A stretch of 59,622 nt of DNA, from the NCBI GenBank assembly GCA_032718475.1, contig JAUCBJ010006787.1, positions 1 to 59,622 of the forward strand. Direction: 5' to 3'. Made by a program: the position numbers and the translations under genes. The DNA is from Nemertoderma westbladi. Lineage: Eukaryota > Animalia > Xenacoelomorpha. Below, one piece after another: positions 38,770 through 51,000 of this stretch (positions within the stretch are counted from its first letter, which is position 1; the number at the start of each line of letters is the position of its first letter). The notes under the pieces were generated by a model. The model saw only the letters and a list, made by a program, of their open reading frames with translations. It did no database searches and had not been told where the DNA came from.

Positions 38770-39048
38770 TTAGGTGTCTCCATCGTCCGTATCATGTAAA
38801 TCGATAGGATGGCCGGTAGTTAAGAAGTCCATATACGTACCATTACGATTCGTATAGCGAGCGGTGAATTTTCGATAGTCCAATTCACGCGCAAGTTGCT
38901 CTTGGGACATCGGCGGTTCGATATAACGACCATCGTCCTCCGTAATGGTTGGATCGGCTTCACCGCGTATTAAGCTATCCACAAATGCTTGTAAAGGTAG
39001 AGTATATCGCTCCCTAATACCAAGATCATCTTCTATCAACTCCGTCAT
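38770..39048 (-). CDS. 92-aa ORF, possibly the N-terminus of the accessory gene
   Basis: ATG-initiated, same strand and upstream of copy 3, protein-like composition; no recognisable motif. Confidence 0.3.
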   Translation of the reverse strand: MTELIEDDLGIRERYTLPLQAFVDSLIRGEADPTITEDDGRYIEPPMSQEQLARELDYRKFTARYTNRNGTYMDFLTTGHPIDLHDTDDGDT

Positions 39049-40488
39049 ATCTGCTATCTGAGTTTATTAATATCAAAATGAGTTTATGTTTAGGCTAGCG
39101 GGCGTCGCTGCCTACCTCTCGTTGCCCCCGGACAGTGGGATTCTCAGCGCCGATGTACCGTCGTCGCGGTGTTTACGCCAACATGTAGCAACAGCACGAC
39201 AACGATAACCGGCACAAGTCACTCCACTGTCCGTCCCAAAGGCTTGGATCCATTTTAGGTTCTTTCTATAGGAGAGTTGGGTTACTTTTACAATTGCGAC
39301 TAGCTACTGTAAACATACTTTAGCAGTAACATTACACCTATAAACGCACAAATTCCACACAACTGTCACCAATTGTACACATACAGGCCATTTGTCCGTT
39401 AGTCAGTGCCTTCCAGAATGTCACGTTATTACTGTGTATCCTTGGATACTAACAGGGTGCTATGTATTCTCTATGCTATGCAATGGGACAAGCTTTCTAT
39501 TGTTCTTTTAACTTGCTTCTAATTCTAGCGTGGGTGTTGCTATGGTGACATTATGGAAAGCTAGCGGTAGAATTAGGGTAATTCTCATGCATACAGATCT
39601 GGAATGCTATTTAATAGTAATTCTTTAATTGTCAATATCCTCTTTATACATGATTTTATTAATTTTATTGGCTATTGACTATATGTCGGAGATTCTCGCA
39701 CTCTAATACACTCAATATGATGAATCTCCGCTCCCATGATCTATTAATTAATGGAATTTTGGGAATGTTATAAATTGCACAAAATGACAATTTATGAAAT
39801 TCATTTAAAATATGAATTTAAATTTATTCCCGTGAATTTTATTATTTGATGTTAATATTGACACAATTTTTATTCCAGAGCATGTCTGGCGACCTAGGAT
39901 CCTTAATTCTATAAAATTGTCTTTTAAGAGTATCGGTAAGTACTGCGATATCTTAATCGACTAGAAATTTTAAAGGATCTGAATTTTACAAAATTTTAAT
40001 AAATATTAAATTAATATTTAAGATGGGTACCAATTTATTCCAGAACTTGTCTGGGGACGTTAACCACTGATTCTAGAATTTGTCTTTCAAGTATATCGGT
40101 GGGTGCCGCGATATCTTAATCGACTAGAATTACAGATGGTCAAAAGGTTTAACAGATTTATTTGCGTTTTTACGCTACTGTTAGAGGGACATCACGCTAC
40201 TATATGTATTATTTAATATAAGGTAGAAGAGCAATATCGCACGAAGCAATGTCAGTGTGAAGAGGCAAGTCGTTTCCAAGGTCTACCCAGAGCTTGGTTT
40301 AGCCGAGACACGAGGATCTGAACTTTGCATTCCTAATACTCTGCCTACCAATAATACTTGAATATAGTAGTGGCTTTATTGTACTTTAATAAGTACAGAC
40401 ATTTCATCTTACTGTAGTCACGTATTTATAATATGATACGGACAGTAAGGAAAGAGAAAAATTATTTCTCGCCGTCACACTAAATATA

Positions 40489-43400
40489 TTATATATATGT
40501 AATTACGTAATAAACACTAATATATTGCACTAATCTACTAAATAATCTAAAATAACCTTCTACTAAATAAAATTGAATAAAAACGATTATAATAAAGTAC
40601 ATAATAATGTTCACATATAAAATATAATAAAATAGATAAAATAATATAGTCATACACCCACTCCAGACGTATATTGGGGAGTCCCTAGATGTTTGAGGAA
40701 TTAGGGAGGTGGTCGTGGGAAGAGTGTCTTGTCTTCCATAGTTTCCGGAGAGTTCTCTGTCTCTTTCCAGTAAACATAAACGACCAACTGGGCGGTTGAG
40801 TTGTTGCGTCTCAAAGATTATACCTGGCTTCTTGAAGTTACGCCGCATGACGACGAGTTCTACCGAGCGTACTAAACCATCATCCTAGATGTGAGTCTCG
40901 ATGATACGACCTGTCTGCCACCGTTTACGTGGGAGGTCTGGATCTACAATAAACACCATATCTCCGGCGCTGACGTTTTCTTGCTGCTCAAACCACTTAG
41001 TTCGAAGTTGTAGCGTGGGCAGATAATGTTTCTCGAAATGGTCAGCGAAACGACGGGATAGCAACTGCATAAGTTGCCAAGTTCGACGGCAGTATTCGTC
41101 TCTGTCGGCAATCTCCGATCGTGGGAGCATGGCTACAGGTTTCTTCAGTAGGTAGTGCGCGGGTGTTAGCGCTTCCAGGGAATCGGGACTCGATGAGACT
41201 GGCATAAGCGGTCTCTCGTTGAGATAGGCAGCTATTTCCTCCATTAATGTCCGCAAAAGTTCGTCGGTGAGATACACGCGGCATGGCACTATAAAGTGAA
41301 ATGCGGTCTTGACACTTCTAATTAATCTCTCCCAACTTCCTCCCCACCAAGGGGCGTCGGCGGCGTTGAAGGTCCAGCTAGACGCTGTTATCCTTAGCTG
41401 ATCGTCCACCTGTCTTTGGTTCCAGTCCTTCACGTAAGCCTGTATTTCGTTGTTGGCACCAATGAAGTTCGTTCCCTTATCCGATCTCATGGTATTACTC
41501 GTCCCGAAGCGAGCGATCTGTCGGCGTAAACTTAATACGAAGCTGTTGGTAGATAGATCGTTCACCATATTGAGATGGATGGCTCTACAAGTCATGCATA
41601 CGAAGATGACACACCATCTCTTGACTATAGTCCTAGCACGATATACTTCAATAGGGCCAAATAAATCTACACCAGTATTAGTAAAAGGTGGTTCATAGAA
41701 GCTTACTCGTTCCCTAGGTAATTCTGCCTCTCGCTGTGTTAAAGGCCTACTGAATGCTTTCCTACAGGGTATGCAGTTCCTAAGAACTTGGTTCAGAGCT
41801 CTACGGGGTTTATCAAAATAATAGCGAGTTCGGATTTCGCTAAGAACTCGTTCTCTACCAGCATGATAAAGTTTGCTGTGAACATCTACAATCATCTTGA
41901 TTTGTACTTCAAGATTTCTAATGAGTATGGGGAATTTAGTGTCAAAGGATAATGGCGCATTGGTGAGCCTTCCTCCAACACGTATTAACCCATCTATCAT
42001 TGTGCTAGAGAAGCGATCCCGTAAGCGCATCTGCGGATTTCTCAACAACAGGAAATACTTATCGGAATCTTCATAGCATTGCAGGAGTCTCAGTATCTGC
42101 TTATTGGTTTCTTCATGCTCCTGGTAACTGATTTTTTCCTTTAGAAACCGGTCGGATGTCTTATATTTGGGTAAATTTTTAATAACATGAACTTGCGCAG
42201 ATGTCAATGGAGCGGTATCACTAATGGTCTTCGTCCTGGAGTAGTGATGATGAAAACATCTCCTTAAATATGTGACGGCTTTACAGAGCCGATTCCAGGA
42301 ACTGTAGTGATGCATTGCTCTCTGCAGCAGGGGTGAGATTCCTTGCGAGACGTCTGGTATTCCAGATTTCCAATCTCTATCTCTAATTTCCACAACAGAC
42401 TTAATTGTGGCGAGGGATTGTGGATCCGAAGCATCATTTCCGGAAGTATGTAATACAGATAGATCGATCGTCGGTTTAAATAACTTCGATTTACTCGCCC
42501 GGGTTTTAGATTTGACTGTCTCCGCTCCCTTGGCTTGTCTAATCTCTGCCGTAGTAAGGTGAGGAGGCCATTCATCCTCTTCCTTGCTCAGGAAGTCGGG
42601 TCCACTCAACCAGTCTGGAGTATCTATCAGTTCCTGTGGAGTCGCTCCCCTGGAGGCGATATCGGCTGGATTAATCGTACCAGGGCAATGTCTCCATTGA
42701 TCTATCTTTGTGCGACTAAGAATAATAGCTACCCTGTTAGTAACAAAAACGCTGAACTGACAGACTTCATTGGTTATATACTCTAACACGAGTAAAGCGT
42801 TGGTCCAATAAACAGTTTTCTCCAGTGGATAGTCGATTTGTTCTGTTACGTTCCGGCCGATGGCTGTAGCGTATAAAGCCGCTTTTAACTCCGCTCGAGG
42901 AACCTTTAACTTGTTGTTAATCAATGCCTTAGAGGTAACCAAGGCGACTTTGATTCCATCCGGAGTTTCGACTCGCAGATATGCTACTATACCTATTCCC
43001 ATGTCGCTGGCGTCTCCAAACACATGGAGTTGATAGGAATACGTAGGAAGAACATGACCAAAATATGCACGGGAAATTACAAAGCTCTCGATGGCAGGTA
43101 GAGAATCTTCCCATTTCATCCACTTCTTTAACAGTTCTCCCTTAAGTGGATCGTCCCATGAGTGGTTTTCAAGCCACATTTGTTGTACTAAACTCCGAGC
43201 AATCAATATAACTGGGCTAATAAATCCCAATGGGTCGAAATAAGTGCTCAGGATACTTAAACAAATCCGTTTGGTCCGAACTGGATTATCTCGCTGTTTT
43301 AGCTGAAAAAACAGGATATCTCTTTCAGTGTCCCACTTCAAGCCAAGCGTCTTGGTTTCTGGAAGATCGTCCTTTATTAAGTCTAGGTCTTTCGTTCCTC

Positions 43401-44907
43401 GGTCTTCTACCGGTATCGCTTCCAGAAACTCACGGGAGTTGCTAGTGAATTTTGTCAGTCGAAATCCACCTCTTTTCAAACACTCTACCGTTCCTTTCGC
43501 GACATCAATGGCTTCTTCTTCTACTGATGGAAGGGACCTTAAATTATCGTCCATGTATATATTACGCTTGATGTTGTCTATCACCTCTTTTGAGAAGGCG
43601 TCTCGGTTGTCATTCGCAGTGGTCCGCACCACGGAGCAGGCGTTGGAAGGGCTTGATATGATCCCAAAAGCCTGGATGGTCATCCAGTACTCTACCGGTT
43701 TCTGGTTGAGATCTCCTTCAGGCCACCACAGAAATCTCAGGCTGTCTCTATCTCTATCCAGCGCCTTGACTTGTAAGAACATTCCTTCTATATCGGAGGC
43801 GAACGCGATGGAATATTGTCTTAATCTTAAAAGTATTCCCAACAAAGATTGGAGTAAGTTGGGTCCTGGTAACAACTCGGAATTAAGGGATTGGCCCATA
43901 TATAGAGCGGAGCCATCGAATACGACTCGTACTTCGTGGGGTTTACCGGGTTTGGGAACGTAATGATGTGTTAAGTAATACGTTCTCTCAGTCACTGGTG
44001 TTCCTTCCGGTACTCGCTCCGCGTATCCCTTTGTTATAAATTTCTTCAACTGAGTTTGGTACATTTCTTTAGCTGAAGCATTAGCCGTAAGGCGTCGATG
44101 TAATTGAGCGATTCTTTTCTCTGCCAAGGGTCTGTTATTTATAAATCTAGGTTCTCGTTTTCGAAATGGTAGGCCGATTTCATATCTACCTTGGTCCTTT
44201 AAAAAACGTGTAGTTGTTTCCTGGATTTGCTTGGGTCTTTCTTCTTCTATCGATAGGGCCTTATCATATGAATTGGGCTCTACCAGTTCTTGAGTAAAGA
44301 ATCGTACGGCGAGTTCGTCCCGAGTTCTAGTGTTGTAGCGCTCTATCTCATCATTTAGTTCGTCATTGTAATCAATGGGTCCCGATGGGCGAATCAGTTG
44401 ACATAGGTTCACCTGGTTTTTCCACGTTTTGTTTTCTGTAAGTAGGTCGATTGTGTTCTCTTCATCGAAGAGTTGGTAGATGTCGTCATTATCTGAGGAG
44501 TATGGTGTTCCCTCAGTTAGTTCTTCCACCCCACTGCTCTCCACTTCCCAATCGTTTACTTGGTATATTCGTTCTTGTGGCATTCTCTCTTCGAGAGTTT
44601 TGCGGGAAGGGCCAGTAAAGTACCAACCTACTCTAGTTCTTACCGCATAGGTTTGCAGTGGCTGCGGTTGAGCAGGCCGTTTCTCCAATGTCTCGAGCGC
44701 CTCATGCGCGTTTTGGCCGATGAGTATTTGCACTCCAGGATAATCTGTCTGGAATCGAGGTATCTTAAGATGTTGGATGCTCTCATCCTCGTCCCAATTA
44801 TAAAGGTCTGCTTGGGTAGTAGCGAAGTTCTTTATAGCCACCATTTTTACCGACCTTATACCTTGTGCTCCTAATTTATCCTGGGGGGTGGACACTGGAC
44901 AACACAC
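40489..44907 (-). pseudogene. pol: Bel/Pao pol (RT, RNase H, integrase) with an in-frame TAG at 40885-40887
   Basis: VRVVFDGS, SLNSELLPGP, DIEGMFLQV, YMDD, FDPLG, FGDAS, RAEL, WTNA (usual D is N), NPADIASRG, HHCC, GVDLFGP / SDKGTNF / WERLI; reading continues in frame after the stop as DDGLVRSVELV..RPVGRLCLL. Confidence 0.95.
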
Positions 44908-47059
44908 CTACATAGTAGTCTGCCGTTAGGGTAGATTTCCAAACCTGCATAATTCCTGACATATTCAATTTAGTCCGGAATTTGGGTTGTCCAGCAAAGA
45001 TATCTTCGGCTAGTTCTTGATCGATGAATGTTCCTGTGCTGCCGGAGTCAAGGAGGGCGTTCACTATGTAACTTTTGTTAGGACCGTGAACTCTTACCTG
45101 CACTACAGGAAATTCTCTGATTCCTACGTTGGAAGTTGGAGCTTTCCAAGATGGTTGTCTGGCAAAAGTAGTTGGGGGAAACTCATTGTCGGTGTCCTTT
45201 TCGTAAGTAAGTGCTCGATACACTGCGGTATTTATTAGGTAACAGGATTCGTTGGCGTCGGAGAATTCGTCAGTATAGAATCCTTCCATCTCAGACTCTT
45301 GATCAGTGTCATTTACATCACTGAATTGGACATGTAGTTCGGGCTCACTTACCTGATTCGGGTTGTCTCGTTCGAACTCACTGTGTAACAAGATGTGATG
45401 TTTCGCGCCACACTTTGCACACTTTACGTCGGAGTAACAGGTTCGCCGTTGGTGTCCTGATCTGAGGCAATTATAGCATAACCGCTTATCCCACATGACT
45501 GCACGTTGGTCTACAAGGGATTTCTTTAGAAATTCAGCACACGCACTCAAACGGTGGGTCCCGTCGCACAGCGCACAGTTAGGTTTTATGTTACTCACTT
45601 TACCTTGGGTAACCTGATGCACTCTCGTTCTTTCTTCGGGCTTTCTTCCGTGCATTCTGTTAGGAGACTGAGGAGGGGTCTTGGCAACCTGTTCTCTCCT
45701 ATCTTTGGTTCGAGCCTTGTATTTACTTACGTCCTTTGAGGTTTTGCTAACGTAGTAAGATCGGTCAGTGTCTTTCCCGCTGTCCTCTTCTTGAGAAGCT
45801 TGGCTTTCGCCATCGTCAGTGTAACACACTGGTGTTACTCTTCTCCTAGAAACGGGTTTCTCACTTACCTTATTTTCCGATGTTTTCTCTCTGGACTGCT
45901 TGATGAGTTGTAGTTTTACTTCACCATCTAAGAAGGACATGAGATCAGCCATGGTAGGACTTCGTCGTTGCTGCTCATTCATATACAACACTTTCTTGTC
46001 CCAACGTGTACATACTCCACCCTTTGGTAAAGTAGAGACTACGGCTCCAATAACCATGGAACTCTGATATTCATGAGACTTACCTAACCAGTCCAATTGT
46101 ATACAGATCTCCTGAATCTCATCGGAAAACTCTATAATCCCGCTACTAAGGAAGTTTCTGGGGGCTACTAATTTTGCATACAAATACTTAGCTATGTTAT
46201 CCTTGTTACCATACCTGATGTTTAATGTATCCCAAACTTGTCTTAATCCATCTGGGTGTCCAATGAACTTTAACGCCATTAACTTGGGAGGTCCTTCCAA
46301 GCACTTGATGAGGAATCTAAGTTTCTCTCCGTTAGATAGTACAGAGTTCTGTATGCTATCTTTGTAATATTCATTGAAAGGTAACCATTTCATCTCATCA
46401 CCATTGAATTTGACGATTTCTCCCACTTTAACCGCTTGGCGGGCTTCTGTTCTAGCCATCTGACGCGTAAAGCTTTCTTGGGCCATCGTGTTATTTAATA
46501 TCGAATTATCGGTATATGAATTTCTCGGATTATTATCAGGTCCATAGGGAATATCATTAACAACAGGTTTATAATCACCCTTAATAGGGTTTGCTATAGG
46601 AGTTTCTACTTCACTAGCAGTATAGATGCGTGTAGGCTCCACACCTTGCGCATGTAATACTTCAGACCTAACAGGTTGACACAATGTTACTGGGGGTATT
46701 GGTATACCCTTTTGTATATTGACTAATTTGTCGCGTTCTAGCGCGATACTTTGCTGCACTTCTTGCAATTCTGCCCTACCTTCCCTTACTGTTCCCTTAA
46801 GTTGGTGGACAGTCTCCTGCATCTGTCCGAGCAGGAGGTTCATCCCCCGCCGTCCCTCCTCTACCCACTCGACCGCCGAAGCGGGAGTCGCCAACATTGT
46901 AGCGGGCCGACGCTGGACGACGGGAGACAAATCTTTGATTTCTCTCTCTGCTTCCAGGACAGGGATATTCTCATGGACTGTTCTACCGGCTACAGGCAGT
47001 GTAGTACTGTGTAAAGGGAATTTAGAGTTAAGCTCTGGAAGTACAGGGGTCTCTAGCAC
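44876..47059 (-). CDS. gag: Bel/Pao gag core, three zinc knuckles and aspartic protease
   Basis: KFNGDEMKWLPF..EKLRFLIKCLEGPP..LNIRYGN; CALCDGTHRLSAC, CYNCLRSGHQRRTC, CAKCGAKHHILLH; ALLDSGSTGTFI. Removing one C from the C6 run near 44885 restores the frame to pol. Confidence 0.93.
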   Translation of the reverse strand: MLETPVLPELNSKFPLHSTTLPVAGRTVHENIPVLEAEREIKDLSPVVQRRPATMLATPASAVEWVEEGRRGMNLLLGQMQETVHQLKGTVREGRAELQEVQQSIALERDKLVNIQKGIPIPPVTLCQPVRSEVLHAQGVEPTRIYTASEVETPIANPIKGDYKPVVNDIPYGPDNNPRNSYTDNSILNNTMAQESFTRQMARTEARQAVKVGEIVKFNGDEMKWLPFNEYYKDSIQNSVLSNGEKLRFLIKCLEGPPKLMALKFIGHPDGLRQVWDTLNIRYGNKDNIAKYLYAKLVAPRNFLSSGIIEFSDEIQEICIQLDWLGKSHEYQSSMVIGAVVSTLPKGGVCTRWDKKVLYMNEQQRRSPTMADLMSFLDGEVKLQLIKQSREKTSENKVSEKPVSRRRVTPVCYTDDGESQASQEEDSGKDTDRSYYVSKTSKDVSKYKARTKDRREQVAKTPPQSPNRMHGRKPEERTRVHQVTQGKVSNIKPNCALCDGTHRLSACAEFLKKSLVDQRAVMWDKRLCYNCLRSGHQRRTCYSDVKCAKCGAKHHILLHSEFERDNPNQVSEPELHVQFSDVNDTDQESEMEGFYTDEFSDANESCYLINTAVYRALTYEKDTDNEFPPTTFARQPSWKAPTSNVGIREFPVVQVRVHGPNKSYIVNALLDSGSTGTFIDQELAEDIFAGQPKFRTKLNMSGIMQVWKSTLTADYYVGVLSSVHPPG

Positions 47060-48723
47060 AGGAGTGGCTTTGGGAATGAATGAATGACAGGCCTAATTAT
47101 TTCAGGCTCATCAACTATAGTAGGGAGTCTTTTGACCTTAATAATTTGGTCTGTAGGTTCTATACTACTTAAGTCTGTGCTAGCTAGTTGTCTTCTAACA
47201 GCTGGGGGCAAATCAGGCAATTTGTGACGGTAAGATGTTTTTCTACGCCTGCTTAGACGAGATCTATTTCCTCCGCCTTCAGGATCGGTGGTTTCGCTTT
47301 CCTCCGATGATGTGTATCCCTGGCGTTTGGGAGTAGATCTTCTCATCATCTGCATGTGACTAGCAGTTAACTGTTTATTTATGTTGTCTTGCGTCTCTTG
47401 CAGATTTTCCAACTCTAGTTGGGTAGTCTCCTCAGACGCTCTCCGTTCTGCTTCTGCCACCGCTGCTTTTCTTTCTGCTTCTGCTTCTGCCGCCGTTGCT
47501 TTTCTTTTTTCTTCTGCTTCTGCCGCCGTTACTGCTGCTGCCTTTCGGTCCTCTATCCGTTTTTTCTTTACTTGTTCTTCTTGGACTCTAGCGAGGCGGA
47601 GTTTTTCATCAAATTTAGCTTGGTTCGCAGCTAACATTTCCGCATCGATTGAGTCCAACACAAGCTTGGTTCCTTCACTATTGGGGCGAAGTCCAGCCAG
47701 TCGTCTCCTCAACTCTTCATCACCCAAGAAGCGTTGATAGTCTGACAGATAGATGTCTATGGCGTCTCTCGAGGGCGGCTTCTCTGCTGCTGTCTCTTCG
47801 CTTTCCACTTGAGAAAGGGTGGCATCGGTTGGTTCTTCATAGGTTGGTCTCTCAGCCAGCTGGGATTTCCACTGGGCCGTTTCTTGAACTTTGAGACCTA
47901 CCCGCTGGAACCAAGTCTTGACAGCAACCTGCAGCGATGTGTCCTGTCTTCTTTTGGAAGTTTCCTCAAAGGCTGATAGGATTAGTCTAATGCGTAGGGT
48001 TCTTTCGCGTACTTGATAAAGCAGCTCTTCCTGCTCTTGAGGTCCTTGGGGTTGTCGAAACAGTTGTTCTTCCAATCTCTCTAAGGAGCCGAAGAATCCC
48101 TGCACATATCCTGCTGCCGACCTCTTCCAAACAGCTGGATCCATCGTATCTTTAGCCACTCCCATCCTGTGTATATCTTCCCAAGTAGCTTCGGACAAAT
48201 CTAACGGGAGTCCGGGTCCGGGAAAGTACCATTGTGACTCGACAATAGACATCAATTCTTCCCTGGCGTATCCCGCATAACTATCTTGGGTCGCTCGCTT
48301 ACTTCTCGCCCAATCGACTTGGTGTTCCTCCACCGCAATCAATATAGTAGTTAGCACTGCGGCAGGAAGGGTGAGAAGGGGATCCGAGTAGGCTGTAGCC
48401 GCCATCTGCACTCCGCGTTCGGGGGTCAGCTCTACAGTATCCGAACTACTGGAGCTATCGGGTCGCTGGGAACGAGTTTCTTGAATAGGATGTTGTTGCT
48501 GTTGGGCAGCTGCTTCCTGGTTCCGTTTGACCTGGGCCCGAGTGCCGATGATAGACCTACGGTGTTGGATTAGCCTAGGGTCTGATACTACTACTGGAGG
48601 GATGACCTTTCTTTCAGTAGGAGGTGAGCTGAACCCCTTTCTTAATCGCTCCACACTCCTATCTGTGTCACAGATGGTTGTATCGATTAGACTGTCTGAC
48701 AGGGTTTGCTGGGTGTCAGACAT
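47053..48723 (-). CDS. N-terminal Gag extension / ORF1, 556 aa, coiled-coil rich
   Basis: Long ATG ORF directly upstream of gag and overlapping it in a different frame; AEAEE/KRKA helical repeats; no recognised domain. Confidence 0.75.
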   Translation of the reverse strand: MSDTQQTLSDSLIDTTICDTDRSVERLRKGFSSPPTERKVIPPVVVSDPRLIQHRRSIIGTRAQVKRNQEAAAQQQQHPIQETRSQRPDSSSSSDTVELTPERGVQMAATAYSDPLLTLPAAVLTTILIAVEEHQVDWARSKRATQDSYAGYAREELMSIVESQWYFPGPGLPLDLSEATWEDIHRMGVAKDTMDPAVWKRSAAGYVQGFFGSLERLEEQLFRQPQGPQEQEELLYQVRERTLRIRLILSAFEETSKRRQDTSLQVAVKTWFQRVGLKVQETAQWKSQLAERPTYEEPTDATLSQVESEETAAEKPPSRDAIDIYLSDYQRFLGDEELRRRLAGLRPNSEGTKLVLDSIDAEMLAANQAKFDEKLRLARVQEEQVKKKRIEDRKAAAVTAAEAEEKRKATAAEAEAERKAAVAEAERRASEETTQLELENLQETQDNINKQLTASHMQMMRRSTPKRQGYTSSEESETTDPEGGGNRSRLSRRRKTSYRHKLPDLPPAVRRQLASTDLSSIEPTDQIIKVKRLPTIVDEPEIIRPVIHSFPKPLLC

Positions 48724-50059
48724 GTTTAGTTATACAGTTGAATGCTTACTGCTATAGTTACAGTTAAAGCAAGTCTAGTAATTCAGTATGACCGTTGGCC
48801 TAGTACCGGTAATTTATTGCAGTATATTAGAATACCGGTATACACTTATAGTATATATAAGTATTGTAAACTAGGTTTGTCACAGAGTACCGGTATATAA
48901 TTTTAGCACAAATATATATAAATATATAATAGGCCTATCGTGAATACCGGTATGCAGCTTACACTTATAGTATATATAAGTATAATTATGAACTAGAATT
49001 AATTACAGAATACTGGTATGATTTCAGCCCAAATTTATAGAAATAAATATAATAAGCCTATGGTAAATACCGGTATGTCAATTATTTTAGAATAATTGAA
49101 TTTCTGAATATTTTAGGGTTACTTGGTTACTTTAACTTACTTTATTACCATTATTTAAGCAGTAGTCCAACTGATATTGAGACCTAGTTGTTGTATGGCA
49201 GGCCTACTATTTATAAATCGTTTGAGTTGATTTATAATATTTATATACCCGTTTAAAATGGGTTTTGTCAATATTTGAAATAAATGTTATTATTTCTGGG
49301 GGAAGTCACTACACAGAAGCTGTGCGCTCTCAGTGAAGTGCTACTTATGGGACACTAAAACAGATAATTCTAATTTACCTAAGTTACTTAATACTACAAA
49401 TTACTTACGATACGGGTGAGATTAAATCTCTAATTAAACACAACAAAATATTACGTACGAAATTGTTAGGGTAATTTTACAGGAAGTCTACAAACCAGCC
49501 TAACAAAGGGTTAGAATTCTGGTTATTACAACGGACAGGGTACTACGGTATTTGAAAATAATAAGTAGTAGTAAATATATTGCACTGTCCAGATAGGAAA
49601 ATACCACCGCCTGATGACCTATAGCCGTATCGCTATAGGTACTACGTTATGTATCACGGAGTGTTCCTACCTGGAAGTTAATTACCGCGGACTACCAGAT
49701 CCAACGTGCCTATTAACCACTTTACAACACAAATATACTGCCTACACACTAATTACCTTCGGAAAGCACTGTACATTAAACCCTAAATTAGGTACAAGTA
49801 CTGGTACAACAAATAATCGGTAGTTAAATATACTTGAACAGTTAAAAGAACCACGGCATCTGCTGGAGTGACCGGAGCACAAAGTCACCAGTCTTTACCT
49901 ACGCCAAGCAGCCCGTGTAGTACCGGGGTTAATTTAACTATAACGGTATGTGTAACAAGCACAATTACTGTAGGAATAAACTTGGGGACATGAATGTTGC
50001 GAATAATCGCATAAACTCTGAATAATAAATATTACGCTACCCATACAGAATACTCAAAC

Positions 50060-50600
50060 AAAATACAAACCAAACGCTGGCAGACTACCACCAAGCCTAA
50101 ATAAACTACAGTATGTGCAGATTCCAAAATGGTTAGTTAGTATGCGTTCTAACACGGTAGTACGACTTATTCTTTAGGAGGGGATTGACCTTACAGCTCT
50201 GGCTGCCCCAACTTACTAACTGGCACTTTATCAGACAAACTCTACACACGCAGCAATCTCTTCAGACCTAATAATAGCTAGACAACAATCCAGCCTACAA
50301 AATATCTGAGTAATAACTATTACGGTACCTGAACAGACCACACAAACAAACACAGGCCAAAACGCTGGCAGAATACTGTCAAGCCTAAATAAACTACAGT
50401 ATATGCAGATTCCAAAATGGTTAGTTAGTATGCGTTCTAATACGGTAGTACGACTTATTCTTTAAGAGGGGATTGACCTTACAGCTCTGGCTGCCCCAAC
50501 TTACTAAACTGGCACTTTATCGGACAAACTCCACACACGCCGCAATTCCTCCAGACTCAACAACAGTCAGACAACAGTCCAGCCTACAATTATCTGAACA
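50060..50600. repeat. ~298-bp tandem duplication in the element leader
   Basis: aaacgctggcaga..caagcctaaataaactacagtat..cagcctacaa occurs at about 50072 and 50370; single copy in the related leader at about 19270-19520. Confidence 0.9.
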
Positions 50601-50774
50601 ATCTGATCAGACTTACACGTCTTCAGCTCAATATTAACTTACATGTAAATAAAACCGACAGAAATAAGTAAAATCTCAATAAAAAAACCAGGGCGGCCAT
50701 TCCCTGATTAAGTACTAAGACCTACCGATATACAATAATCAAAATCGAATAATACTAATGTACTTATACTGGAA

Positions 50775-50938
50775 GTACCGGTTAGGACAGTTGGGCCTAC
50801 AGACCTACAGCAGTACCGATTCTGGCAGTTGGGCCTACGGACCTACAGCAGTACCGGTTCAAGCAGTTGGGCCTACGGACCTACAGCAGTACCGATTCTG
50901 GCAGTTGGGCCTACGGACCTACGGCAGTACCGGTTCAG
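50775..50938. repeat. 38-bp minisatellite, 4 units alternating between two variants
   Basis: cagttgggcctac at 50788, 50826, 50864 and 50902; units end alternately in gattctgg and ggttca(a/g)g. Confidence 0.93.
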
Positions 50939-50989
50939 GTTTACCGGTTGACGGTACTTTCAACTTTATTGCTTACTGCAATAAAGACA

Positions 50990-51000
50990 ATAACTGTTAT
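50990..51000 (-). promoter_or_regulatory. Putative non-tRNA (self-priming) primer-binding site
   Basis: Sense ATAACAGTTAT abuts the 5' LTR, has no TGG, and is exactly complementary to sense ATAACTGTTAT at 51749-51759; the same relation holds for 19005-19015 and 18210-18220. Confidence 0.7.

Noticed and set aside
36006-39048. env gene in the post-pol position
   Set aside because: No signal peptide, transmembrane anchor or fusion-protein pattern; motifs match the exonuclease-knuckle family instead.
43328-43963. 211-aa antisense ORF and similar shadow ORFs over pol, gag and LINEs
   Set aside because: They lie opposite genuine coding frames and have no motifs.
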